A stretch of DNA of 64,000 nt from Myxococcota bacterium. GTDB lineage: Bacteria > Myxococcota_A > UBA796 > UBA2385. The notes below the pieces were generated by a model. The model was not told the origin of the DNA. It was given only the letters and a program-made list of their open reading frames with translations, and ran no database searches. Positions 23,053-36,577 of this stretch are shown piece after piece (within the stretch, counting starts at the first letter, position 1; every line of letters starts with the position of its first letter). The stretch is taken from positions 96,001 to 160,000 of the forward strand of contig JBIJDH010000017.1 of assembly GCA_044344255.1 (NCBI GenBank), in the 5' to 3' direction. Position numbers and translations under genes: made by a program.

Positions 23053-23171
23053 CCGGAGCCCCCCCTCGCGGGACGACACCGTCCGCGCCCGACATGGGTA
23101 TCCCGGGTGGCGGCGCTCAGGTCTGGGCTGGCGCAGGATCGGCTGGCCGAACACGACCGGGCCGGGATACT

Positions 23172-23187
23172 CTGAACATATGTTCCG
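23172..23187 (+). promoter_or_regulatory. LexA (SOS) box GAAC-ATAT-GTTC overlapping the imuB start codon
   Basis: Perfect palindrome GAACATATGTTC at 23174-23185 directly after the -10-like TACTCT (23168-23173). Confidence 0.7.
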
Positions 23188-24712
23188 GTACCTCGTCGCC
23201 TGGATGCCCGTGTTTCGCTTGGAGCGCTGTGGCTGGCCCGCCCAGGACGCTGTCGTGCTCGTCACCGAAGAGAAGAGCGCGCTCCGCGTGCAGGCAGCCA
23301 CCCCCCTGGCGCTGCGGCGCGGGATCCGGGTCGGCATGACCTTGTCCGAGGCCCGGGCCCGCCTGCCCGAGCTCCAGGTCGAGCGCCTCGACGCCATCGC
23401 CGAGGCGGCAGACCTCGAGGAGCTGAGCCGCCAGCTCCTCTCCATCTCCCCGGCCATCGCCCCCCTGCCGCCGGAGGCCCTGGTGGCCGAGGTGGGCCGC
23501 TCGGCCGCCGCCGTGACGGGTGAGCGCGGGGGCGCGGCCGAGGCGGTGCTGGTCGAGCGGGTGCGCCGCCGCCTCGCCGCGCTCGGGCACAGCGCGACTG
23601 TCATCCTCGCCGATGACCCCGGCACCGCCCTCTCGGCAGCGATCTGGGGCGGCCGCACCCAGGTCATCCCTCCCGGCGGCGGCGGCCTCGCGTTGGCGCC
23701 GCTCCCCCGCGCCGCCCTCCACCTCCCGCTCGCAGACGACGCGCTCCTCGAGGGCCTCGGCGTCCGTACCGTGGGGGCTTTCGCCGCCCTCGACACCGCG
23801 TCTCTCGTGGGGCGCCTGAGCCCCCTCGGGGTCGCCCAGCACGCCCTCGCCCGAGGGGCCGTGCGCCAGCCCCTGCTGGCCCCGCAGGCCGAAGACACGC
23901 TCATCTCTCTCCTTCAGGAGCTCCCCGATCCGGTGAGCGAGCTCGAGGCCCTGCTCTTTGTGATCCAGGCGCTGCTGCGCGAGGCGACCCTTCGCCTCAC
24001 CCTGCGGGCCGCCGCGGTGAGCCGCGTCCTGCTGCGCTTCGAGCTCGATGATGGGGCACACCAGGAGCAGTCCGTCCGCCTGGGAGAGCCGAGCCGCGAT
24101 CCCCGCCGGATCCTCACCCTCCTCCGCGAGCGGCTGGAGCGCTTCAAGCTCGCCCGCCCGGTCGTCGGCCTCCGCCTGGAGCTCCCCGAGCCCGCCCCCT
24201 TCGACGGCCGCCAGCAAGACCTCCTCTCTCGCCACCGCGAGCAGGAGCGCCGGGCCGACCTCACCGCCCGCCTCGAGGACGCCCTCGGGCCTGGCGCCCT
24301 CATCAAGCCCCGCCTCGCCGACCGCCACCGCCCCGAGGCGGCCTGGGCGCCCGCCACCAGCCTCAGCGCCCCGCCCCCGCGTGAGGGGCCGTTGAGCGCG
24401 GCCCTCCGCGACGATCCGGTCCAGGAGTGGCTCGGCTGGCCTGAGCCCGAAGGACCGAGCCGCCCGCCGCTCCTCCTCCACGCCCCCGAGGCCATCGAGG
24501 TCGAGCGACAAGGCATCGCCCCCACGGCGGTCCACCTCGGCGGGGGCTGGCTGCCGGTCCGCGGCGCCGAGGGCCCCGAGCGCCTCGCCGGCGAGTGGTG
24601 GGAGAGCGCCTTCGAGCGAGAATATTGGCAGCTCCACCTCATCGACGGGCGGAGGGCCTGGGTCTATCGGGAGGACGGCCGCTGGTACCTCCACGGCTGG
24701 TGGGACCGATAG
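23180..24712 (+). CDS. imuB: ImuB, inactive Y-family polymerase-like mutasome scaffold
   Basis: ALRRGIRVGMTLSEARARLPEL, LEGLGVRTVG, DRHRPEAAW, C-terminal GPERLAGEWW...REYWQL...WYLHGWWD. Confidence 0.88.
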   Translation: MFRYLVAWMPVFRLERCGWPAQDAVVLVTEEKSALRVQAATPLALRRGIRVGMTLSEARARLPELQVERLDAIAEAADLEELSRQLLSISPAIAPLPPEALVAEVGRSAAAVTGERGGAAEAVLVERVRRRLAALGHSATVILADDPGTALSAAIWGGRTQVIPPGGGGLALAPLPRAALHLPLADDALLEGLGVRTVGAFAALDTASLVGRLSPLGVAQHALARGAVRQPLLAPQAEDTLISLLQELPDPVSELEALLFVIQALLREATLRLTLRAAAVSRVLLRFELDDGAHQEQSVRLGEPSRDPRRILTLLRERLERFKLARPVVGLRLELPEPAPFDGRQQDLLSRHREQERRADLTARLEDALGPGALIKPRLADRHRPEAAWAPATSLSAPPPREGPLSAALRDDPVQEWLGWPEPEGPSRPPLLLHAPEAIEVERQGIAPTAVHLGGGWLPVRGAEGPERLAGEWWESAFEREYWQLHLIDGRRAWVYREDGRWYLHGWWDR

Positions 24713-24741
24713 GGAGGCCTAGCCAGCCCGAGGGCGCCGGC

Positions 24742-25572
24742 CTATCGGGCGGACTCCGCCGCGAGGGCGGCGGCCCAGAAGGGCGCCGCCTCTGCCAGGG
24801 TGCTCACGTAGCCGCGCACGTCGTCCCGGGCCTGAGGCGACAGCGCCGCGAAGGGGACCACGTGCTCCTCCGGCACATACCGAAAGGTGAAGTTCACCCG
24901 CCGCGTCGAGAACCCTGCGATCTCCGGCGGGAAGGGCGCGTCGGCCCTTCGGTCGACCCGCTGCACCCGGTGGAACGCGGTGTCCTTCCAGTAGGGCCCA
25001 GCGAAGACCTGCAGACTGCGGTCTTCGAGCCACTGGTGGCGGAGCTCCTCGCCCTTTCCCGTCGTGAACTGAAAATAGGCGCGGGCGCCCAGCGAGACCG
25101 AGGCCACCGGCCCGGGCTCGAAGTCACGGTGAGCCCCCACACGGGCGGTGTCCTCCTTCCTTCCGTCGGCGAGGAGCTTGTCCCCGTAGAAATTCACGAG
25201 GCAGGTGTTCAGCTTCCAGCCAACCGGCACATAGGGCTTGGGCATCGTGCGCCGCACGAGCGCCTCCACCCGATCGACCCAGGCCCGCAGCGGCGGCGGG
25301 AAGGGCTCGGCGGCGACGCAGCGGTCCCGCAGGCCCTTCGGTGGGTGGTAGTAGCCGAGGCAGGCAAACTGCCAGTTCCCGAGCCAATAGACCGGGCGCT
25401 GCAAGGCCCGCTGCTCCTCGCGCGGCGGCGGTGGCCGGAGCGTGGAGAAGCGCATCTCCCAGAGGGGCCGGAGGGTGGCCAGCCACTCCAGGGTGGCGAC
25501 GCGCTCGGCCGGGGTGACAAAGCCCGCTTGGAGACGGACACCAGCGGGATCGGGGAGGATGCGGGGGGGCAT
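24742..25572 (-). CDS. AlkB-family 2OG-Fe(II) dioxygenase
   Basis: NTCLVNFY, GAHRDFE, VASVSLG, FHRV, RRVNFTFR. Confidence 0.87.
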   Translation of the reverse strand: MPPRILPDPAGVRLQAGFVTPAERVATLEWLATLRPLWEMRFSTLRPPPPREEQRALQRPVYWLGNWQFACLGYYHPPKGLRDRCVAAEPFPPPLRAWVDRVEALVRRTMPKPYVPVGWKLNTCLVNFYGDKLLADGRKEDTARVGAHRDFEPGPVASVSLGARAYFQFTTGKGEELRHQWLEDRSLQVFAGPYWKDTAFHRVQRVDRRADAPFPPEIAGFSTRRVNFTFRYVPEEHVVPFAALSPQARDDVRGYVSTLAEAAPFWAAALAAESAR

Positions 25573-25618
25573 GGCCCGCCCGCCTATCCCACCCACCCCT
25601 CCGCCGACATGCGCCCGA

Positions 25619-29203
<3,585 letters not shown>

Positions 29204-29279
29204 GAGCGCCTCCAGGGGCACATCCTACATCGGGAGGCACCCCGCTGGCGAGCCCACCCCGGACCGTCGAAGCGGCGAC

Positions 29280-30788
29280 TCAGAGCGGACCGAAGAGGCC
29301 GGTCGAGCTCGATTTGTCGCCCTGGAAAGCCACCGTCAGGTACCGCTGGCCGTGGAGCGTGCCGACGCTGAGCCCCGCCACCTCCATGTCCACGGGGCTG
29401 CTCGCCACCCACTCGAGTACGCCCTGCCGCCAGAGCCAGAGGCGGCTGCGCCGGTCGTCGTTCTTGGTCGTGTCCTCCGCGATGAAGAGGCCCACGCCGG
29501 GGACGAAGGTGATGTTGTCGGCGTTGTTGACGCCCTCCCCCACCTCCACCCGATAGGCGGTGGCCACGCCCTGGTCGTCGAGGGCGAGGGCGAGGACGAG
29601 GCCGGCGTCGGGCTCGGGGAGGCCGTGGGGCTTCCCCTTCATCGGCGCCTTCACCGAGGACAGCACGAGGTAGAGCGTGTCTCCGTCGAGCGTGAGGCCC
29701 TCGGACTTGGTGAGCCAGGTGGTGGCGCCCAGCAGGGCCGCGTACCGACGCGTCTCGAGGCGGCTGGCGAGGCGATCTTGGCCGGGCCGGACGCGGAGGC
29801 ACTCTCGCCCCGTCATCGTCTCGGTGCGGGTGAAGCCAGCGGGGCACTCCGCGGCGATGACCCGATCGAAGAGCTCCGAGAAGGAGGGTCGGGCGCTGAG
29901 CTCGGCGTCTGAGGCGTGTCCGAGCGAGATCCAGGAGATCTGCCCCTGCTCGAGGATCGCGGCGAAGAGCTCTCCGGCGGAGAGGTCATCAGGGCGGTCG
30001 GCGACGAACCGAAAGAGGCCCCCGCCTCCCACCTGAACGCCAGCGTCGCTCGGGAGGTAGGTGTCATCCGTGAGATAGACCGTGCGCCGATCTTCGAGCA
30101 CGAGGCCGAGCTCGTGGGAGAAGCGCCCCAGGGTGGGGTGGGGGATCACACCGAAGCTGACCGGCTCTATCTCGAACATCCACCCATAATCATAGGGGGA
30201 GCGAGGCTCTATCTCGTTGTAGCCGTGGTCGGGCACGGTCTCGAGAGGCTCTTCCGGCGTGGCACGCCCGCGGTCGGCGGTCTTGGCCATCCTCTGGTCA
30301 GACCCAACGATCGCGGCGTCCGGCTCGTACTCCTCGCTGCCGAGGTGGCTGCCCCAAGGCGTGACCGAGGCGGCGCAGTGGATGTAGCCGCCCTGGAGCA
30401 CGCGGAGATCGATGGGCGCGGTCTCGACGGGCACCAAGTCCGCGCTCAGGCGGGTCCGCCAGATGCCCCCCTCCGGTCGCTCGAGGTGGCTGATGAGCCA
30501 CGCTCCGCCGAGGAGGGTGCTGCCGTCGATGGCCTGGGACCCCATGCCGGCGGGCGCGAACACATCGGCCCCCACCCTCTGCTCGGTGTGCAGCAGAGGG
30601 TGCCACTCAAAGCCGAGCGCCTGCAGATCACCGAGGATGACCTCCTCCGCAGCGCCAGCGGGGGTCGCCGGTTGAGCGGGGCGCTCGGGCGGCGTGGCGC
30701 CCTTCCCACAGGACCCGCCGAGGAGGGAGGTCCAGAGGCCGAAGGACAACCAGAGGCCGACGGGCGAGGATGCGGGGAGGAGGTTCAT
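29280..30788 (-). CDS. phoX: PhoX-family (DUF839) alkaline phosphatase-like protein
   Basis: CAASVTPWGSHLGSEEYEPD, LGRFSHELG, LFRFVADRPDDLSAGELF, RLETRRYAALLGAT, NADNI. Confidence 0.8.
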   Translation of the reverse strand: MNLLPASSPVGLWLSFGLWTSLLGGSCGKGATPPERPAQPATPAGAAEEVILGDLQALGFEWHPLLHTEQRVGADVFAPAGMGSQAIDGSTLLGGAWLISHLERPEGGIWRTRLSADLVPVETAPIDLRVLQGGYIHCAASVTPWGSHLGSEEYEPDAAIVGSDQRMAKTADRGRATPEEPLETVPDHGYNEIEPRSPYDYGWMFEIEPVSFGVIPHPTLGRFSHELGLVLEDRRTVYLTDDTYLPSDAGVQVGGGGLFRFVADRPDDLSAGELFAAILEQGQISWISLGHASDAELSARPSFSELFDRVIAAECPAGFTRTETMTGRECLRVRPGQDRLASRLETRRYAALLGATTWLTKSEGLTLDGDTLYLVLSSVKAPMKGKPHGLPEPDAGLVLALALDDQGVATAYRVEVGEGVNNADNITFVPGVGLFIAEDTTKNDDRRSRLWLWRQGVLEWVASSPVDMEVAGLSVGTLHGQRYLTVAFQGDKSSSTGLFGPL

Positions 30789-30792
30789 TCGC

Positions 30793-32001
30793 CTACCGGC
30801 TCGACCAGGCGCGCAGGCCTCGACCGAGCACCCCGATCGCTCGCCGGAGCGTGGCCTCGTCCCGGACGGCGGCGAGGCGAATCTCATCCCGCCCGTCCGC
30901 CGGGTTGGCATAGAAGCCCGGGCCCGGCGCGACCACCACGCTCTCTGTGAGTCCGCCATAGAAGGCGTCTCTAGCCTCGTCACGGAACTCCTCGACGAGG
31001 AAGCGAGCGAAGGCCTCGGTGTCGGGCACGGGCAGTCGCACCATCGTGTAGAAGGCGCCCTCCGGGTGATGGAAGAACACACCGGGGACCTCGGCCAGCG
31101 CCCCCATCATCGCGTCCACGCGGCCCCGATAGACCGCCCGGACCTCATCATAATAGGCGCTCGGCAGGGACAGCGCGGCGATGGCGGCGCGCTGGCCGCG
31201 GGGCTGGGTGCCGAGGCGGGCCTGACCCAAGCGCTCGATCCGCTCCATCAGCTCGAGGTTGCGGGAGATGAGGAAGCCCACCCGGAGCCCGCAGGAGGAG
31301 AAGGTCTTGGAGGTGGAGTCGACCACGATGACGTGGTCTTCGTGCCCTGCGAGCTGGAGGGCCGACAGGGGCGGCTCCTTAAACCAGATCGCCCGATAGA
31401 CCTCGTCGGCCACCAGCCAGATCCCGTTCCGCTTCGCCCAGGCCGCGACCCGCCGAAGCTGGTCGGCGCCATAGACCGCACCCGTCGGATTGCCGGGGTT
31501 GGCGAAGAGGAACATGCGAGTTCGCGGGGTGAGCGCGCGATCAAGGGCCTCATCCGAGGGGAGCGCGAAGCCGTCGTCGAGGCCCGTGCGCAGGGGCACC
31601 ACCCGAGCGGCAGCGACGGTCGCGAAGCCGTTGTAGTTGGTGTAATACGGCTCGGGCACGAGGATCTCATCGCCGGGGTCGCAGAGCGCGGTCATGGCGA
31701 AGAGCAACGCCTCGGAGCCACCCTGGGTGACCACGACGTGCTCGGCGGTGAGGCCGGGGCTCGTGGCGGCGTGGTAGGACGCGGCGGCGGCGCGACAGTC
31801 GGGGAGACCCGAGGCGGGCCCATACGCGAGCACCGGCCCCTCCTCCCGGGCGAGCGCCTCCATCACCGGGCGCGGGGTGGGGACGTCGGGCTGGCCGATG
31901 TTGAGGCGGTGGAAGTGCACACCCTTGGCCCGGCCGACCGCCGCGTCGAGCTTCCGAATCGCCGATTCTTGGATGGTCCGCGCGCGCTCCGAGATGTGCA
32001 T
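30793..32001 (-). CDS. PLP-dependent class I aminotransferase (aspartate aminotransferase-like)
   Basis: LNIGQPD, ANPGNPTG, VADEVY, DSTSKTFSSCGLRVG. Confidence 0.9.
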   Translation of the reverse strand: MHISERARTIQESAIRKLDAAVGRAKGVHFHRLNIGQPDVPTPRPVMEALAREEGPVLAYGPASGLPDCRAAAASYHAATSPGLTAEHVVVTQGGSEALLFAMTALCDPGDEILVPEPYYTNYNGFATVAAARVVPLRTGLDDGFALPSDEALDRALTPRTRMFLFANPGNPTGAVYGADQLRRVAAWAKRNGIWLVADEVYRAIWFKEPPLSALQLAGHEDHVIVVDSTSKTFSSCGLRVGFLISRNLELMERIERLGQARLGTQPRGQRAAIAALSLPSAYYDEVRAVYRGRVDAMMGALAEVPGVFFHHPEGAFYTMVRLPVPDTEAFARFLVEEFRDEARDAFYGGLTESVVVAPGPGFYANPADGRDEIRLAAVRDEATLRRAIGVLGRGLRAWSSR

Positions 32002-32103
32002 TCCGTCTCCATGAGGTGAGCCGAGGCCGCCATGCGGCCCCCGAGGCTCCGGGGGCGCGGACTATCGCAGGCGGCGACGGGGGTGCGCAAGGCCCCCCGA
32101 GGC

Positions 32104-33786
32104 TCACCCGAGGCCGATGATGCGCCCGTCCACGACGTCGATGGTCTCGGCGGCGGGGTGACGCGGGAGGCCCGGCATCCGAACGATCTCGCCTGCGAGG
32201 GCCACGATGAAGCCGGCCCCGGCGTTGAGGCGGAGCCCCCGCACCGTGACGTCGAAGTCGGTCGGGCGCCCCCGGAGCTTCGGGTCATCCGAGACAGAGG
32301 ACTGGGTCTTGGCGACGCAGACCGGCAGCGCGCCAAAGCCCATCCGCGCGATCTCGCGCGCCTCCCCCTGGGCCGCCTTCGTCAGCACCACCCCTCGGGC
32401 CCCATAGACCTGCCGAGCGATGGCCTCGAGCTTCTGGAGGATACCCTGATCGGGCCGCTGCACGGCCCTCACCGGGCGCGGCGCGGCGACCTCGACGAGG
32501 CGATCGGCGAGGGCGAGCGCCCCCTCCCCGCCCTTGGCGTAGTGGTCGGAGCAGGCCGCGGCGACCCCGCGCTCCAAGCAGCGCTGGAGGATGACCTCGA
32601 CCTCCTCATCCGTGTCGGCGAAGTGGCGGTTGACCGCCACCACAGGGGTCAGTCCATAGACCGCGACGCTGTCGAGGTGCCGCTCCAGGTTGACCAGCCC
32701 GGTCCGGACGGCCTCGGGGTTGGGGAGCTTGAGGTCACTCAGCTCGACCCCGCCGTGCATCTTCATCGCGCGGACGGTGGTGACGACCACCACCGCGGCG
32801 ACCTCGAAGCCGCCCAGCGCGCACTTGATGTCGAGGAACTTCTCGCCACCGAGGTCAAAGCCGAAGCCCGCCTCGGTGAGCACCCACTCCGCGTGATGCA
32901 GGGCCATGCGGGTGGCGAGGATGCTGTTGCAGCCGTGCGCGATGTTGGCGAAGGGCCCGCCGTGGACGAAGGCCGGAGTGCCCTCTGCGCTCTGGACGAG
33001 GTTGGGGCGGAGGGCGTCGCGCAGCAGGGCCAGCACGGCGCCCGTGCAGCCGAGCTGGCGCCCGCGGACCGGTCTGCCGTCGCGGTCAAAGCCGACGAGG
33101 ATGTCGTCGATGCGTCGCCGGAGATCGTCCATGTCGGTAGACAGACAGAGGATCGCCATGATCTCGGAGGCGGCGGTGATATCGAAGCTGGCCTGACGGG
33201 GAATTCCATCCGCGGTCCCGCCGAGCCCGACGACGATGTCACGCAGGGCCCGATCGTTCATGTCGAGCACGCGCGGCCAACGAACACGGCGAGGATCGAG
33301 GCGAAGCTCGGTGTCGAAGTGGAGGTGATTGTCCACCACCGCCGAGATCAGGTTGTGCGCTGAGGTGATGGCGTGGAAGTCACCGTTGAAGTGCAGGTTG
33401 ATCTCCGCCGAGGGGACGAGGTGGGCCTTTCCCCCCCCTGTACCTCCGCCCTTCACGCCGAAGCAGGGGCCGAGGGACGGCTCCCGCAGCGCGAGGCAGA
33501 CCGAGCGCCCCTGTCGCCGGAGGGCGTCGCCGAGGCCGATCGTGGTGGTCGTCTTGCCCTCGCCTGCAGGCGTCGGGGTGATCGCGGAGACCAGCACCAG
33601 CTTGGGGGGCCCAGCGGCCCGTCGAGGGCGATCGAGGAGGTCGAGCCCGACCTTCGCCTTGTCCTCGCCGTAGGGAATGAAGGCTCCCACCCCGAGCTCT
33701 GCCGCCACCTCGGCGATGGGGCGCGGAGCCAGCGCCCCAGCCCCGCCTTCCTCGCTGAACAAACCCACATCTGTTGACATGAACAC
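32104..33786 (-). CDS. fhs: Formate--tetrahydrofolate ligase
   Basis: TPTPAGEGKTTT, LREPSLGP, INLHFNGD, VHGGPFANIAHGC, TEAGFG, MPGLP. Alternative start ATG 33780. Confidence 0.95.
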   Translation of the reverse strand: MFMSTDVGLFSEEGGAGALAPRPIAEVAAELGVGAFIPYGEDKAKVGLDLLDRPRRAAGPPKLVLVSAITPTPAGEGKTTTTIGLGDALRRQGRSVCLALREPSLGPCFGVKGGGTGGGKAHLVPSAEINLHFNGDFHAITSAHNLISAVVDNHLHFDTELRLDPRRVRWPRVLDMNDRALRDIVVGLGGTADGIPRQASFDITAASEIMAILCLSTDMDDLRRRIDDILVGFDRDGRPVRGRQLGCTGAVLALLRDALRPNLVQSAEGTPAFVHGGPFANIAHGCNSILATRMALHHAEWVLTEAGFGFDLGGEKFLDIKCALGGFEVAAVVVVTTVRAMKMHGGVELSDLKLPNPEAVRTGLVNLERHLDSVAVYGLTPVVAVNRHFADTDEEVEVILQRCLERGVAAACSDHYAKGGEGALALADRLVEVAAPRPVRAVQRPDQGILQKLEAIARQVYGARGVVLTKAAQGEAREIARMGFGALPVCVAKTQSSVSDDPKLRGRPTDFDVTVRGLRLNAGAGFIVALAGEIVRMPGLPRHPAAETIDVVDGRIIGLG

Positions 33787-33930
33787 CTCCGCGACGCTAC
33801 GCCGCCGCTTCGGCTTACTCCACCGCGGCCCGATCGGAAAGGCTATCGAAGCCGGTTGACGGGCGACCGGCCCGCGGTCAGGATACCCTCCGGCGCCAGA
33901 ATTTTTGGGAGGGTGAAGGCGATCCGAACG

Positions 33931-34452
33931 ATGACGAGAGGGGAGGGCACATCGAGTCGGTGCAGCGACGTCGCCGCCCGCTCGCCGGGGACGGTGACGA
34001 GTAACGCGGCGGATCAGCCCGACTTCCTGCCGGAGGTCACCCCCCCCCTCCGTCCCCAGCGGCAGCGGGTCCGGGCCGCCCTGGCGGTCGTTTTGCCCGT
34101 CGGCCTCGCGCTCAGCGCGTGGTCGGCGCCCGCCGATCTCTGGCTGCAGGCCCGGCTGGCCGAGGGGCTCGCCGGCCTCGGTCTCACCAAGAGCCCGGCG
34201 AGCGCCCTCCCGGACGAGGTGGCGGCCGTGCTGGCGATGTTCGTCGCCCTGGGCACCTACACGATCGGGCGGCTCATCCCGTCAGCGCTGCGCCTCCTCG
34301 CCCTCCTCTTGCCCCTGACCTGCGCCGCCGCGGCGAGCCTCGCCGCCCTCCTCGATGTGCGAGTGGCCTTCCTCCCTTGCCTGGTCGCAGGGCTCCTCGG
34401 ACTCCACGCCGCGCGAGATGTGACCGACGCGTCGCGGAGACCGGCGCGATGA
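33931..34452 (+). CDS. Hypothetical membrane protein
   Basis: About 4 hydrophobic segments; ATGA overlap with the next gene. Start uncertain. Confidence 0.6.
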   Translation: MTRGEGTSSRCSDVAARSPGTVTSNAADQPDFLPEVTPPLRPQRQRVRAALAVVLPVGLALSAWSAPADLWLQARLAEGLAGLGLTKSPASALPDEVAAVLAMFVALGTYTIGRLIPSALRLLALLLPLTCAAAASLAALLDVRVAFLPCLVAGLLGLHAARDVTDASRRPAR

Positions 34453-35630
34453 CCGAGGCGCCGCCGCCCCCCTCGCCTCGGACCCTGCGCGACCACCTGC
34501 GGGCCGCCGCTCCGCGGGACTTCGCGACCGCGGAGGCCCTCCGCGAGCTGATCCGCGCGCTGCGCAGCCACCGAAGGCGCTCCGGCGCCCTCCCCCGCTG
34601 TGACGGCCGCGCCGCGCTCGACCAGGCCCTCGACCTCGTCCCGGAGGTGGACGAGGCCCTGGCCATCGAGGTCGCCGCCCTCAAGTCCGGGCTCCGCGCC
34701 CTCCTCCGCGAGCCCCTGTCCGACCTCGAGCGGGAGGCGGTGGCCGCAGAGGCCGACGGCCGCATCGAGCGCCTCGTGCCCCTGCTCGTCCCCGAGGCCG
34801 TCGAGCTCAAGGTGGAGGGCCTACCCGACGATCTAGACGACGACGGCTATCTCGCCCTGGTCGGGGTCCCCCGCGGCGCCCGCCTCTACCTCCCCGCCCT
34901 CGACGCCCGACGCCTCATCCACCGCCTGGATGGCCTCGTGCTCGCGGGCTGCACCGCCCGGGTGCAGGTGGAGGGGGGCCCCGACCTCCGCCTCCCTCCC
35001 CTCCCCCGCGGCGAGCGCTTCGACCGCGGCACTGTCGAACGGGACGATCCGTGGCTGCGCCACTTGGACGACGAGGGGCGCTTCTCGCTCACCCCGCGGT
35101 CGATCGCCGACGGACAGGCCCGCCGGCTCTCCGCGTCCACGGTCATCGACGGCACCGCGGGCTGCGGCGGCAACACCGTGGCCCTGGCCCGGGCGGGCAA
35201 GCGGGTCATCGCCGTCGAGCGTGATCCCCACCGCCTGCGGCTCTGCCGACAGAACCTAGAGGAGGCTGGCCTGCTCAGCCGGGTCGAGCTGCTCCACGGC
35301 GATCACGCCCGACTGCTCCCCGCCCTCCAGCGCGAGCACCCCGCGGCGGCGCTGCTGCTCGATCCGCCCTGGGGCGGACGGGACCGCCTGTTCACGCGCT
35401 GGGCTGAGCTCTTCGCAGACCCCGCCCGGGTCCTGGCTCGGCTCGAGGCCGCCCCGGAGGTCCTGCTGAAGCTCCCGAGGGCCTTCGACATCACCACCCT
35501 CCCTGCGCGGGCCGGCGGCTGGACGGTGCGCTATGAACGAGGAGCCCCCAGCACTCCCGCCGCTCGCATCATCAAGATGTTGACCGTCCACTCCGCAGCC
35601 GGGCCGCGGGGGGGACGCTCGCGCGGTTGA
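34449..35630 (+). CDS. SAM-dependent methyltransferase resembling trimethylguanosine synthase Tgs1, with an unknown N-terminal region
   Basis: LDDEGRFSLTPRSIA, VIDGTAGCGGNTVALA, LLLDPPWGG, VLLKLPR. Confidence 0.78.
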   Translation: MTEAPPPPSPRTLRDHLRAAAPRDFATAEALRELIRALRSHRRRSGALPRCDGRAALDQALDLVPEVDEALAIEVAALKSGLRALLREPLSDLEREAVAAEADGRIERLVPLLVPEAVELKVEGLPDDLDDDGYLALVGVPRGARLYLPALDARRLIHRLDGLVLAGCTARVQVEGGPDLRLPPLPRGERFDRGTVERDDPWLRHLDDEGRFSLTPRSIADGQARRLSASTVIDGTAGCGGNTVALARAGKRVIAVERDPHRLRLCRQNLEEAGLLSRVELLHGDHARLLPALQREHPAAALLLDPPWGGRDRLFTRWAELFADPARVLARLEAAPEVLLKLPRAFDITTLPARAGGWTVRYERGAPSTPAARIIKMLTVHSAAGPRGGRSRG

Positions 35631-35647
35631 CCCGTGTCGGAGAGACG

Positions 35648-36556
35648 ATGCCCCTGCCCTCCCTGCTCCTCACCCTCGGCCTGCTCACCTCCCCGGCGAG
35701 CGCCGCGTCCCGACTGACCCTCGCCCTCGACGAGCCTGTGATGGTGGTGATCGACGGCGCGATGGTCAGCACGACGATGGGCGGCCAGAAGGCGGTGCTG
35801 AGCGCCATGCAGCCGGGGCCGCACCCGGTGGAGATCCGCTCGCCCGACGGCAAGCCGCTCTACGTCGGGCGCCTCGACATGCCCGACAACTCCGAGGTCA
35901 CCGCGCGCTTCACCCGCGGCATCGGCCTGACCGTGACCGGCGGCGGCGCCCACGCCCAGGAGACGACCGCCACCTCGGCCACCTTCGTCGCCGGCGGCAC
36001 GCCCACAAACACCGCCCGCAGCGCCGAGGCCACCCCCAGCGCCGGCTCGCCGGCGGGCACGGGCAAGACGACGGTCTCGGCGGTGCGGGACACCGTGGGC
36101 AGCGCGGCGCTGGTCGCGGGGACGGTGGTGGCGCCGGTCAGCACCTTCGTGGCCACCAATGTGGTGCCCGGCGCGGCGAGCTCGGTGGGCTCGATGGTGC
36201 GCAACGCCGACGCCGGCGGGCTCGACGCCATCCGCGGCGGCCCCACCGCGTTTCGCCAGGGGCGCCCCATTCCCCCCAAGGTGCCCACCGGCTACGTCGA
36301 GATGGTCAGCGCCCGCGGCGAGCCCGCGCTGGTCTTCCTCGAGGGCTTCCTCATCGCCGACATGCGCAACGGCGCCAAGCGGAAGGTGCAGCTCGAGGTC
36401 GGGCGACACCTGATCGAGATCTGGGACGGAGAGACCCAGCTCGTTCGCTGGAAGGGCGTGGTGGAGGTCCAGAAGAACACGGCCTTCCAGCTCGTGTTCA
36501 CCGACGAGATCGCGCCCTACTCCCCTGACCGCTCTTGGGCCTGGTCCGAGCGCTGA
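35648..36556 (+). CDS. Secreted hypothetical protein with two PEGA-like beta domains
   Basis: Signal peptide ending ASA; repeated V.IDG / PG.H.VEI pattern at both ends around a Thr/Ala linker. Confidence 0.6.
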   Translation: MPLPSLLLTLGLLTSPASAASRLTLALDEPVMVVIDGAMVSTTMGGQKAVLSAMQPGPHPVEIRSPDGKPLYVGRLDMPDNSEVTARFTRGIGLTVTGGGAHAQETTATSATFVAGGTPTNTARSAEATPSAGSPAGTGKTTVSAVRDTVGSAALVAGTVVAPVSTFVATNVVPGAASSVGSMVRNADAGGLDAIRGGPTAFRQGRPIPPKVPTGYVEMVSARGEPALVFLEGFLIADMRNGAKRKVQLEVGRHLIEIWDGETQLVRWKGVVEVQKNTAFQLVFTDEIAPYSPDRSWAWSER

Positions 36557-36577
36557 GCCCACTCCGGCCCCGCCGGC

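Noticed and set aside
23180..24712. Active DinB / Pol IV polymerase
   Set aside because: It lacks the N-terminal D(M)DxFF and SIDE catalytic motifs, and the C-terminus is ImuB-type.
33787..33930. ZTP or THF riboswitch upstream of fhs
   Set aside because: I could not find the conserved motifs by eye; an Infernal/Rfam scan would settle it.
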